A stretch of DNA of 64,000 nucleotides from NCBI GenBank assembly GCA_965249275.1, contig CBDFLQ010000005.1, positions 709,857-773,856 on the forward strand, in the 5' to 3' direction. Origin of the DNA: Dehalococcoidia bacterium (GTDB lineage: Bacteria > Chloroflexota > Dehalococcoidia > Plut-88900). Under the pieces are notes generated by a model. It saw only the letters and a list, made by a program, of their open reading frames with translations, was not told the origin of the DNA and did no database searches. A program made the position numbers and the translations under genes. This document shows positions 18,456 to 27,261 of this stretch, piece after piece (position 1 is the stretch's first letter; every line of letters starts with the position of its first letter).

Positions 18456-18830
18456 TTATCCGGCTTCGAGGCGTACTCTTATCAAAGGGGATTCAGCGAC
18501 TCGGGCTTCGAGAAGCTCCGGCTCACCCAAGTTATCGCATATCCGCTCCAAGACTCTGTGTCTTTCCGCGGCGTCGGTTATCGGAGTAACGAGGGCAGGG
18601 AGGTCGGCTTTTGTTGTCCCTTTGAGATGGAAGGTCAATCGAGGGTCGTTGAGGATATTGGCATACCAAGCCCGGGTCCCGGGCAAGAGCAGGCCGGCGA
18701 TGTAGAGTGAGCCATCCAGGTTATGAAACCAGATCTCGACCCGGCGGGGTGAGCCGCTCTTCTTGCCTGTGGTGGTGATATCGATGATGAGGTCTTTTTC
18801 CAAGGCCTCTTGGACTTTGGGGTCGAGCAT
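18456..18830 (-). CDS. deazaflavin (F420)-dependent nitroreductase family protein (tandem paralog)
   Basis: Near-identical N-terminus and RBS to 18029-18397. Confidence 0.85.
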   Translation of the reverse strand: MLDPKVQEALEKDLIIDITTTGKKSGSPRRVEIWFHNLDGSLYIAGLLLPGTRAWYANILNDPRLTFHLKGTTKADLPALVTPITDAAERHRVLERICDNLGEPELLEARVAESPLIRVRLEAG

Positions 18831-18963
18831 GACGTCGGTTCTCCTAGTGCGGCTTGAAAGAAATCTAACAGGCCCCGTATCCGTTGTCACCTGCCCACGG
18901 GACGGGTGCGGTTGACACCGCGAGAATCGGACACTTAACATCGTGAGCGGAGGGGAGATTAAG

Positions 18964-19389
18964 ATGTCTGTTTTTCCGTCCGTCGAGTGGTTTGAGGAGG
19001 TCAGGGAGGTTGTGAACCCGAGCAAGGAGTTCCGGGCCCTGGGCAACTGTGACGCGAACATGGGGGTGAAGGTAGGGGACAGGGCCTTCTCCCTGAAGTT
19101 CGAGGCGTTTTCCTGCGAGGAAGTGTCCGAGATTGGTGCCGAGGGGCTGGCGGACCTGGACTTCTACCTGGAGATGTCGTCGAAGGACTGGCGGGAGTTG
19201 CTCAGCAATATCGAGTCCAACGGCAAGGCAGATGGGGAGCATAGCTTGAACACTCTTGACCTGACGCGGGAGGGTGGGATTTTGCGGGTCAAGGATGACT
19301 TTCTGCGGCAATCTTTTCTTCGATATCACCTTTCGTTCCAAGCCTATTTCGACGCTTCTGCCCAAGTGGAGACAGTCTTCGCCTCTTAG
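18964..19389 (+). CDS. hypothetical protein, SCP2-like fold suspected
   Basis: MSVFPSVEWF N-terminus typical of SCP2-like proteins; strong SD. Confidence 0.6.
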   Translation: MSVFPSVEWFEEVREVVNPSKEFRALGNCDANMGVKVGDRAFSLKFEAFSCEEVSEIGAEGLADLDFYLEMSSKDWRELLSNIESNGKADGEHSLNTLDLTREGGILRVKDDFLRQSFLRYHLSFQAYFDASAQVETVFAS

Positions 19390-19398
19390 GTCGACCTT

Positions 19399-19683
19399 AT
19401 GCCACTGTACGAATACAAGTGCCTCGGGTGCCAGCATGTGACCAGCCGTTATTGGCGCAACTTTTCACCGCCTGAAACGATCGCTTGCGAGGGGTGTGGG
19501 GACGCTGGAGCGGAGCGGCGGTTCTCGACCTTCGCCTTTCACAAGTCTGCGGAGACGAAGATGGCGGAACTTGACCCGAAGTACGACAAGATGGTCGACG
19601 AGGCGTTCAAAAACTCGCCTGCCACGTCGGACCCCCAGCATTACTTGGACAAGATGGCATCATTCGACGGCGTACCGGACTAG
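19399..19683 (+). CDS. FmdB family zinc-ribbon protein
   Basis: MPLYEYKCxxC...CxxCG. Confidence 0.9.
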   Translation: MPLYEYKCLGCQHVTSRYWRNFSPPETIACEGCGDAGAERRFSTFAFHKSAETKMAELDPKYDKMVDEAFKNSPATSDPQHYLDKMASFDGVPD

Positions 19684-19713
19684 GGCATCTCCCCACTGCG
19701 CTAAACTAGGCCG

Positions 19714-20916
19714 ATGAGCATGGAAGTCGGGGTGTGGGTGGGAGCCGGTTTATCAGTTTCCGCATTACTTGCCTGGGGCTGGCTTACGCTTTTCAGAGGC
19801 CGGTTCTGGGCGACGGACCAACGGCTAGAAGTTCTACAGGCCAAGGAAGGTGGTTCCTGGCCGGGGGTCGTGGCGGTGATCCCGGCCCGGAATGAGTCCG
19901 AGGTCATTAGTCAAACAATTCCAACAGTCCTTGCCCAACGCTACCCGGGTCCTGTGTCGGTCTATCTAGTTGACGACCGGAGTTCGGATGGAACTGCTGA
20001 TATCGCTAAGGCCGCCGCCAGAGAAGCCTACAAAGGGTTTTCCTTCAAAGTGGTGATGGGCAAGGAAAGACCCGAGGGGTGGGCGGGGAAGGTGTGGGCA
20101 CTGCAACAGGGCGTCGAGGCGGCAAAGACAGTCGACCATGAATATTTCTGGTTCACCGATGCGGATATAGCCCACAGACCGAATGTGTTGGCGTCTCTCG
20201 TGGCGCGGGCGGAGGAAGAGGGGTTGGATATGGTCTCGGTGATGGCGAAGCTGCATGTGTCTACCTTCTGGGACAGGCTTCTCATACCAGCCTTTGTGTT
20301 CTTCTTCGGGAAGCTATATCCATTTCACTGGGTGAACGATCACGAGAAGAGTATGGCAGCCGCGGCGGGAGGATGTGTGCTGGTGAGGAAAGAACGGCTG
20401 GTGGAGGGTGGGGGTTTTGAATCGATGAGGGACGCGATAATCGACGACTGCACTCTTGCTCGGTTGGTACGCGGTCCTGAGGGTCGGGGGAGATTGTGGT
20501 TGGGGATGAGCCAGGAGGTGCAAAGCGTCCGGCCCTATGACGGGCTCAGAGGCATTTGGGACATGGTGGCGAGGACGGCTTACGTACAGCTACGTCACTC
20601 GCCGATCCTGTTGGCGGGTACGATTTTGGGGATGGTGTGGCTGTATCTCGGGCCTCCGGCGGCAATGGGCGCAGGGATAGGGTTAGCTGCCGTTGGGGTA
20701 TGGGACACGCCGACGTGGGTGTTGTTGGTCTCGGGAGCGGTGGGGTGGGGGCTAATGTCGGCGATATACACGCCGATGTTGAAGTGGTACGGGCTGAACC
20801 GTTGTTGCGGACTACTGCTGCCTACGGCCGGCCTTCTGTACACGCTGATGACCGTGGACTCGGGGCGGAGGTACTGGATGAGAAGGGGCGGGGGGTGGAA
20901 GGGGCGGACCTACTAA
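19714..20916 (+). CDS. hpnB: GT2 glycosyltransferase, hopene-associated HpnB-like
   Basis: IPARNE, VDDRSSDGT, GWAGKVWA, TDADI, AAAAGGC, IIDDC, MVARTAY.QL and GGWKGRTY. Confidence 0.75.
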   Translation: MSMEVGVWVGAGLSVSALLAWGWLTLFRGRFWATDQRLEVLQAKEGGSWPGVVAVIPARNESEVISQTIPTVLAQRYPGPVSVYLVDDRSSDGTADIAKAAAREAYKGFSFKVVMGKERPEGWAGKVWALQQGVEAAKTVDHEYFWFTDADIAHRPNVLASLVARAEEEGLDMVSVMAKLHVSTFWDRLLIPAFVFFFGKLYPFHWVNDHEKSMAAAAGGCVLVRKERLVEGGGFESMRDAIIDDCTLARLVRGPEGRGRLWLGMSQEVQSVRPYDGLRGIWDMVARTAYVQLRHSPILLAGTILGMVWLYLGPPAAMGAGIGLAAVGVWDTPTWVLLVSGAVGWGLMSAIYTPMLKWYGLNRCCGLLLPTAGLLYTLMTVDSGRRYWMRRGGGWKGRTY

Positions 20917-20928
20917 GCCAAGTGCCGG

Positions 20929-22170
20929 TCAGACCAGCTCTCGGGGGCGGCGGTCCCATTCGGCGGGGAGGAAGAAGGCAGCGATGGTCAGTGTTACTCC
21001 GGCCATACCCACGATGGTCAGTGCAAGGCGCCGGTCGTCGGAGAGTTCGTGAAGTACCCCCGCCGCTATGGGGCCGCTCATAGCTCCGACCATCAAAGCC
21101 GTCCTTAAGAATCCCATCGCCACGGCGATCTCCCGGGTCCGGATGCCCTTCAATTGGAAGGGTATGGTGAATATCACCGGGAAGAAAGTGAAGCTGAGGC
21201 CGTGTAGCAGTGATAAGACCACCAAGACCGGGAAAGACCCGGAATAGAGTAGGGCTACGGTAGTCACAGAAATCAACGCTCCGCCCACACGCAGAGCCGT
21301 TCTACGCTTACCAGTCTTGTTGACCATAAGGTTGATGCCCAGCCCGGAGGGACCGGCAACCATGCCGCCGATGGCCCAGATCAGGGCCGAAGTCTGGATA
21401 TCAATGCCGTATGTGTCTTTCATGTGGCTGGGCCAGAAGGTGGCAAAGGAGGAAAAGGTCATCTCGACTCCCACCAATCCGATGGCCAAGAGCCACAGCT
21501 CCTTGTAGCGAAGGGCGCTCCTGATGGATACAGGCTCCTTACTTTCCTTTTCGGTCTCGGCGTCGGGCATGGGACGCTCTCTACCTACGACGAACCAGAC
21601 CACGGCTAAAGCAATGGTTGCATAGCCGAGGACCTGCATAGTCTTGCGCCAATCGTCGTCCAGAGCCTTCAGGATGACCGGTATGAGGATAAATAACGCC
21701 GCGCCGATGCCCCAGAGCAGCTCAATAGAGGCGTTGGCAATCAGTATCTGCCGGGGCCGTATCCACATCCTGAGGAGCAGGGTCCGGGCGGGTTCTCTTA
21801 GGGTTATGGAGAGGCCGTATAGCAATCTCGCCAGCAGGACGAAGCCGTAGACGGGGGCCCAAGCCTGAAAGAAGATGACGCAGACTGCTCCAACAATGGA
21901 GACCAGGGTGAGCAGTTTGGGGGGGAAGCGGGAAAGGTAGAGCCCGAAAGGGATGGACAAAATGAGGACCGTCAGCTGGGGCGCTGCTCCGAGGAGGCCT
22001 TCCCGGACGGGGGTGAGATTGAGCTCCTCACGCATGGATGGCAGGAAAAGGCCCAGGGTCTCCATGACCAGATACCCCCACATGTGGATCGCCATCCAGG
22101 TGAGGATAACTACCCATCCGTAAATGGGGCTTTGGAGCGAATTGGCAATCCGCGGGACTGCTTGTGCCAT
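20929..22170 (-). CDS. MFS transporter
   Basis: About 12 hydrophobic segments, 413 aa; paralog of 28530-29792. Confidence 0.85.
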   Translation of the reverse strand: MAQAVPRIANSLQSPIYGWVVILTWMAIHMWGYLVMETLGLFLPSMREELNLTPVREGLLGAAPQLTVLILSIPFGLYLSRFPPKLLTLVSIVGAVCVIFFQAWAPVYGFVLLARLLYGLSITLREPARTLLLRMWIRPRQILIANASIELLWGIGAALFILIPVILKALDDDWRKTMQVLGYATIALAVVWFVVGRERPMPDAETEKESKEPVSIRSALRYKELWLLAIGLVGVEMTFSSFATFWPSHMKDTYGIDIQTSALIWAIGGMVAGPSGLGINLMVNKTGKRRTALRVGGALISVTTVALLYSGSFPVLVVLSLLHGLSFTFFPVIFTIPFQLKGIRTREIAVAMGFLRTALMVGAMSGPIAAGVLHELSDDRRLALTIVGMAGVTLTIAAFFLPAEWDRRPRELV

Positions 22171-22408
22171 GATGCGGGCAATCCTAACACCGGCGGGGTG
22201 GGAGTGGGGCCTTAGCCTGAGAGAGTGGACTGCAATATCAATTATTGCAGAGGATTCTTTTGTACTGCCTGGCCGGTTAGGGCATGGGCCGCGATAGTAA
22301 TGAGAGAGTCACTGGGTGATACAAATGCCCTTAGGCACAGAATGCCGGTGCCTCAACGGGCGTTCACGCGTGGGGTGGAAGGGACCTTGAACCGTAGCGT
22401 TAGTGGAG

Positions 22409-22771
22409 TTAACTTTCCGATGTATCGTCGGTAAGCGGGGTAACCTCACCGATGGGGGCAGTTGGGTATCCAAGTTCCAGGGCTAGCCGGTAGCGGCCTT
22501 CCAAGCCAACCCAAACGTGAGCCGGGATTTCCAAAACCGCCTCCAATTCCACGGCTGTCCTTGGCGTCAGAGCCCTCTTGCCCAGGGCGATTTCGTTGAT
22601 AACGTGGAGGGGGCGTTTCATTTCGGCGGCCAGACGCCTCTGGCTCATTCCTCGGGCCTCCAGCTCATCCTTAAGCATCAGCCCAGGTGGAATCGCGATT
22701 TTAGGCATTACCTGCGAAATGTCCGAGGAAGCCGGAATTTTGGGCACTCCTGTTTTGGCTTCAGTCGCCAT
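22409..22771 (-). CDS. higA: HigA family antitoxin (HTH)
   Basis: IPPG..LKDELEARGMSQ..LA and INEI..GKR.LT...A..LE. Confidence 0.88.
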   Translation of the reverse strand: MATEAKTGVPKIPASSDISQVMPKIAIPPGLMLKDELEARGMSQRRLAAEMKRPLHVINEIALGKRALTPRTAVELEAVLEIPAHVWVGLEGRYRLALELGYPTAPIGEVTPLTDDTSES

Positions 22772-23057
22772 AGTGTGCACTCACCTCTCTAACAACTACC
22801 GATTGGTCACCAACCGGCTCGATTATCAATCGCCAGCGTCCCTGGAGGGTCATGGCCCATAAACCGCTCATGTTTCCCTTGAGGGGATGCACCCGAAGCG
22901 CTCGGGATTTCATCAGGGCCTGCAAACTGTCTGCTACAACCAATAGCTCAATCCTGTTCACATACCTCAACCCAATGCTCGGCCCCCATTCACGAATTGC
23001 ATCCGATGGATTGTAAAAGCGCCGTTCAAGTCTCTTGTTGGCAAAATCCACTTTCAC
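22761..23057 (-). CDS. higB: HigB/RelE-like toxin (plasmid-maintenance killer type)
   Basis: V.F.NK.L, HPLKGN..G.WAM.L...WRLI; lies upstream of and overlaps higA. Confidence 0.85.
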   Translation of the reverse strand: MKVDFANKRLERRFYNPSDAIREWGPSIGLRYVNRIELLVVADSLQALMKSRALRVHPLKGNMSGLWAMTLQGRWRLIIEPVGDQSVVVREVSAHYGD

Positions 23058-23067
23058 TACTGGAATA

Positions 23068-23090
23068 ATGTACCACCATCGGTGGTACAT
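23068..23090. promoter_or_regulatory. palindromic operator of higBA
   Basis: atgtaccacc-atc-ggtggtacat perfect inverted repeat just upstream of the toxin start. Confidence 0.7.
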
Positions 23091-23178
23091 AGACAAGGTG
23101 AAGTTAGTGGCGCGGGGGAGTCGCTCTTCTCCCTTAGCAGAAGCGAGGCCTTGCAGGTCGAAGTCGGCCCAGACGGGT

Positions 23179-24465
23179 CTAGCGGTGGTTACGCGCCCAC
23201 TTACGGACCATTCCGGGATCCGGTTCCTGTTTGAGGCAGCCTCGGGCGCCGCCTAGGCGCTGGAAGTCTCGGGAGCGCTTGGCCAGGTTTCGGCGGAAGA
23301 GGATCAGGCCCCTGTCGAGGAGGCCGAGCTTCTGGGGGCGCTCCAGGTTGATGTGCTCGGTCTTGAAGACGATGAGGTCTTCTTTTTCGTTGATTGCGAC
23401 AACCCGGGCAGGCTTGTTCCAGAGGTAGTACCAGACGTCCATCCAGAACTTTCCGAGGAAGGTCTTGGGAGTCTTGCAGACGGTGAAAGTCCAGACCCGG
23501 GTGTTTTGCTCGTCGACGGGGACGCCCCATCTCAGATGCACCAGGCTGCCGATGCAAACCCTGATCTTTGTTGGCAGCTGGAGGTTGTGGTTGTAGGTGG
23601 CCCAGGCCTTTTCTCCTGTGGCGGTGGCGATCATGCCTGCGTTGGGTGTCTTAGGTGCGGAGAGCTTACGCCACCAGGTCTTTCGGGGCCATTTGCCAAG
23701 GCCGGGGTATTCTGCCTGGCCGAACTTGGCCTCGGCGGTCTTGACCCAGATATTGTCCTCGCCTTCGGAGACGATCTCGGTGCCGCCGGTAGAGACGGAC
23801 TTGGGCCGCCAGAAAGGTAAGCGGTAATCGACGAATCGCCAGAAGTTCAAGCCCCGGTGGAGGTAGAACTCGTGGTAGTCGATGCCCTGGTTCATGGGCT
23901 CGGTCCAGTTGGTTTCCCACGTCTTGACCCTGGTGTATTTACGTCCGGTGAGGGTCGAGTCGGAGAACTCGTAAGGGAGGTCCTCTTCGAAGGGGACAGG
24001 GTCGGTCTCTCCCATCCAGACCAGGACTATGCCCTGCCACTCGGCGGTGGGGTAGACGCGGGTGCGCATCTTGTTGACCAGGGGGGACTCGGTGCTCTCG
24101 ATGAGGCCGGCGACGCAGTTACCCGTCTCGTCGAAAGTGTAACCGTGGTAGGGACAGGTGACGGTCCCTTCGAACTCGCAGAAGCCGCGGGAGAGTCGGG
24201 CGCCGCGGTGGGGGCACCATTCGTTGAGGGCAACTATTTTGCCGTTCTTGCCCCGGAACAGGACGAGTTCATCTCCGAGCATCTTGATGTTCTTGGGCTT
24301 GCGTCCCACTTCCTTGGTCCAGACGCAGGGGTACCAGTACTCACGGAACCCGACCTTGGGAACGTAGTCAAAGGGGCCTATTTGCGTTGCGCCGTAGGAC
24401 TCGTCCTGGACATCGGGGACGTGGACGGCTGGAATCTGTCGTTCTCTTCGTGTAGTTACTACCAT
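23179..24465 (-). CDS. Rieske non-heme iron oxygenase, alpha subunit
   Basis: CPHRG...CPYHG Rieske motif; NW...D.H...H catalytic region. Confidence 0.9.
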   Translation of the reverse strand: MVVTTRRERQIPAVHVPDVQDESYGATQIGPFDYVPKVGFREYWYPCVWTKEVGRKPKNIKMLGDELVLFRGKNGKIVALNEWCPHRGARLSRGFCEFEGTVTCPYHGYTFDETGNCVAGLIESTESPLVNKMRTRVYPTAEWQGIVLVWMGETDPVPFEEDLPYEFSDSTLTGRKYTRVKTWETNWTEPMNQGIDYHEFYLHRGLNFWRFVDYRLPFWRPKSVSTGGTEIVSEGEDNIWVKTAEAKFGQAEYPGLGKWPRKTWWRKLSAPKTPNAGMIATATGEKAWATYNHNLQLPTKIRVCIGSLVHLRWGVPVDEQNTRVWTFTVCKTPKTFLGKFWMDVWYYLWNKPARVVAINEKEDLIVFKTEHINLERPQKLGLLDRGLILFRRNLAKRSRDFQRLGGARGCLKQEPDPGMVRKWARNHR

Positions 24466-24539
24466 AGTGCCTAACCCCTCGCTAAAGATCTGCATCCGGG
24501 GACATGGGTGTGAGGATGATTCTACCAGACGTTGGGCCG

Positions 24540-25724
24540 GGCAACAAAAGGGGGTTGGGGTTCAATTGTGGGGGAAGGGTGTGTGGGTGTGGGCTAGTGG
24601 GTGGTTCCTTTCTTGGGTCGGGGGAGGGGTGTGGACGCCCCGTTCGGGGCATCCACACCCTGGGCGACTGGCCGGTCGTCCCTACTGGGGAAGTGGAGAA
24701 GGGGGAGGGGAGGGGGCAAGGGGCGAGCCCCACCCCAGGGCGACCAGCCGAGCCTGTCTCAAAAGTCGCCCCATGCCCCTCTTCCCGCTCTTATACGACT
24801 TGGATTCGTGCCTACGGCACCCGTCGCATTGGTCAAGAATATCCAATCGGGCTGTGTCTAACGGACTTATGAGACAGGCTCAGCCGGTCGCCCCTACGGG
24901 GGAGGGGGCAGATAGAGGGGGAAGGGGAGGGGATGGAAGGTCCCGGACGGTTGCGCAAGAAGACGGCGACGCCTGTACCGATGGGTGTTGTCCGCGACAG
25001 CGGATGTTCCACATCGACGCCGGCTCTGCGACAGCCCCGTGCTTCTGAGAGGACGTGGAAGAGACGCGAGGGGATCTCGGTGTGGGGCAGTCTCGACCAC
25101 CAGAAGTGCCCGACCACCCTAAGGGATGGGAGCGTGGACCCGTGACCGGCGTTCGTAGACCGGAGTTCTCCGATGGTGACGACGGTGGAATCCCTAAATG
25201 GTGCGTTTGTTTTAAGTCGGAGGTTGTCCGACTGTTCGGACTCGCCAGCAAGGTCTAGGCCGGGGGAGTCCGGAGGTGGCGCTATGGCCCAAGGAGGAGA
25301 CATGACGCTGTGCTCCGGGGCGTCGCCTGAGGAGGCGAAACGGATGCGCCGGGTGAGTGGGGCGCGCACTTGGCAGTGGCCCTTGGAAAGGGCAAGCCAG
25401 GTTTTGTCCGGGGATCTTCCATAGCCGGTCGCGTGGACCGGGCGGGACAGTGATTGATCGCTGCGGAGGCGGAGGCGATGGGCCTTGGGGCAGCGCTTGT
25501 AGTGGGGGATGTGTGGTGGGACGTTGGATGGAAAGGGACAGGGGAGGAGGCGCGTGCCTGTGGCCGGGCGGTGGCATACCGCTCGGTTACGACGGGGCCT
25601 ATGGAGGCTTGTGCGACTCATGGGACTCCTATGTCCTTTCCTTATTAGGGCCGACGTTGGAAGAGTCGGGCCTGGGGGGCAATATAGTACAGATGTTTTG
25701 ATTTAGTCAAGGGGTTCGTGTCAC
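24540..25724 (-). ncRNA. putative large structured ncRNA element, diverged copy 3 (3' tail interrupted by REPs and a MITE)
   Basis: GTGACAcgaaCCCC-TTGACT-18-TATATT promoter with AAACatctGTAC. CAACGTCC leader motif. Stem 25406-25422 pairs with 24933-24948. Central motif at 25233-25248 and CCCACAA tail motif. Confidence 0.5.
24750..24881. mobile_element. 132-bp MITE inserted in a REP palindrome
   Basis: 18-bp TIRs gagcctgtctcaaaagtc / gacttatgagacaggctc (1 mismatch); 4-bp target duplication AGCC at 24746-24749 and 24882-24885. Confidence 0.85.
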
Positions 25725-25754
25725 TTTTGGGGGCGGGATGGGGAGGGAAGCCCC

Positions 25755-25926
25755 GCCCCAGATTCCTCGCGGGGCCTCGGAATGACGGGGGAGAAGGGGG
25801 TGGGGTGGGTGGGGAGGGGTGTGACGGATTGGTGGGGCGTGGGCCGCCCCCCGCTCGACCCTTCGACGGTGCTCAGGGTGAGCGGCCCCTCCCTGGGACG
25901 GATTCCCGATCGGGGTCGGGAATGAC
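25755..25926. repeat. cluster of REP-like palindromes (GATTCC..GGAATGAC and CCCTTCGAC..GCTCAGG types)
   Basis: Similar units near 9623, 26840-26913, 33357, 38894, 40544, 43240, 54240 and 55287. Confidence 0.8.
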
Positions 25927-25995
25927 GGGTGAGCGTGGGTGGAGGGAGGGTTGTGCAGAAGCATGGGGGCGGGATAGCCTTTGGGGGGAGGAGTC

Positions 25996-26796
25996 ATGCC
26001 TGTATTAAGCGAGGGAACCGGAAGCCGTAAGGAGATTATCGGGGTGGTGCACCTGCTGGCGCTGCCTGGCAGTCCCGGCTGGCAGGGAGACCTTGACGAG
26101 GTCGTGCAGCACGCACTGCGGGATGCCGAGGCCCTGGCCCGGGGCGGTATAGATGCCGTGATATTCGAAAACTTCGGGGACGTTCCTTTTCTGACCGGCT
26201 CAGTACCGCCTGAGGCCATAGCCGCGATGGCTGTCGTAATCGATAGAGTCGCCAAGAGAGTTGACGTGCCATTTGGGGTGAATGTGCTTCGTAACGACCC
26301 GATAGCGGCTCTCGGGCTGGCCTATGCAACGGGGGGAGAGTTCATCCGGGTGAACGTGCACACGGGCGTAATGGTTACTGATCAAGGGATTATCGAAGGT
26401 GGGGCTGCAGAGACGGTTAGACGGCGGTCGGGGCTGGGCGCGGATGTGAAGCTGCTGGCCGACGTGTTGGTAAAGCACGCTGTTCCTCTCGGCGAGCAGG
26501 ATATCCGGGACGCGGCGAAGGCGGCTGTGCAGAGAGGACTAGCCGACGCTCTGATCGTGACTGGGCCTTTTACGGGGGAGGAGGCAGACATGTCGGATGT
26601 GAGGGCAGTAAAGGAGGCGGTGCCTGAGGGGATGCCTGTGCTGGTCGGGAGCGGGGTGACGGAAGAGAATATCGGGGCTTACATGAAATGTGCGGACGGC
26701 GTAATAGTGGGGACGAGCGTGAAGGTGGGTGGGGTGGTTTCGAATGCGGTGGACTGGGAAAGGGTGGCGAGGCTGGTGTCGGTGGGGAGGGGGTGA
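25996..26796 (+). CDS. BtpA/SgcQ family TIM-barrel protein
   Basis: IIGVVHLLALPGSP, ENFGDVPF, GVNVLRND, ADVLVKHA and ADGVIVGTS. Confidence 0.93.
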   Translation: MPVLSEGTGSRKEIIGVVHLLALPGSPGWQGDLDEVVQHALRDAEALARGGIDAVIFENFGDVPFLTGSVPPEAIAAMAVVIDRVAKRVDVPFGVNVLRNDPIAALGLAYATGGEFIRVNVHTGVMVTDQGIIEGGAAETVRRRSGLGADVKLLADVLVKHAVPLGEQDIRDAAKAAVQRGLADALIVTGPFTGEEADMSDVRAVKEAVPEGMPVLVGSGVTEENIGAYMKCADGVIVGTSVKVGGVVSNAVDWERVARLVSVGRG

Positions 26797-26939
26797 GCAC
26801 CTCAATTGATTGTCTTCACAAAGCAAGGGCGTGCCCCTCCCGCTCGACCCTTCGACTTAGCTCAGGATGAGCGGCCCCACCGCTCTGGAATCCGGCTCGG
26901 AGGCCGGAATGACTTGTGGGGGGTGGGGAAGTGGGGGAG

Positions 26940-27135
26940 AGAGAAAGCCCCGAAGCACTTCGGCCTATGGCCGTCCCGGTGGACAACCCGGGAGCTTCGG
27001 GGCCCGGCGTCTGCACGGATTCCGCAAACGGAACCCAGGGGGACGCCCCCTACGTGTCAAACCGTTTACGTTACAGACACCTCACAAGTCCGTCTATCAT
27101 CAATATCCAATTGACCACCTCCTTTCTGAGTGTAC
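26940..27135 (-). other. putative small RNA carrying a 14-aa ORF (27066-27110, MDIDDRRTCEVSVT) and a structured 3' region
   Basis: AGAAAGGAGGT SD 6 nt before TTG; three stem modules ending in gccccgaagc...gcttcggggc-tttctc. Confidence 0.45.
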
Positions 27136-27261
27136 CCTCAATATAAATGCAATTGCGGTGCGCGCGCAATACTGGTTTGCGGCAAATTTCGGTTGTTGCT
27201 GAAAGATTGGTGCAGGTCTATCATTCCGGGCAATTTTTAGTAGACGGAAAAGGGGCGCAAC

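Noticed and set aside
24833-25621. 262-aa ORF (MSRTSLHRPRR...) with an SD, spanning element copy 3
   Set aside because: Low-complexity Pro/Arg/Ser composition, it runs through a REP into a MITE, and no equivalent ORF exists in copies 1 and 2. A short leader peptide from this ATG cannot be excluded.
26990-27050. Guanidine-I (ykkC) riboswitch suggested by GGGTTCCG
   Set aside because: The 3' ACACGG..GGGA..AAAAGCCCGG core is missing and there is no downstream gene on that strand
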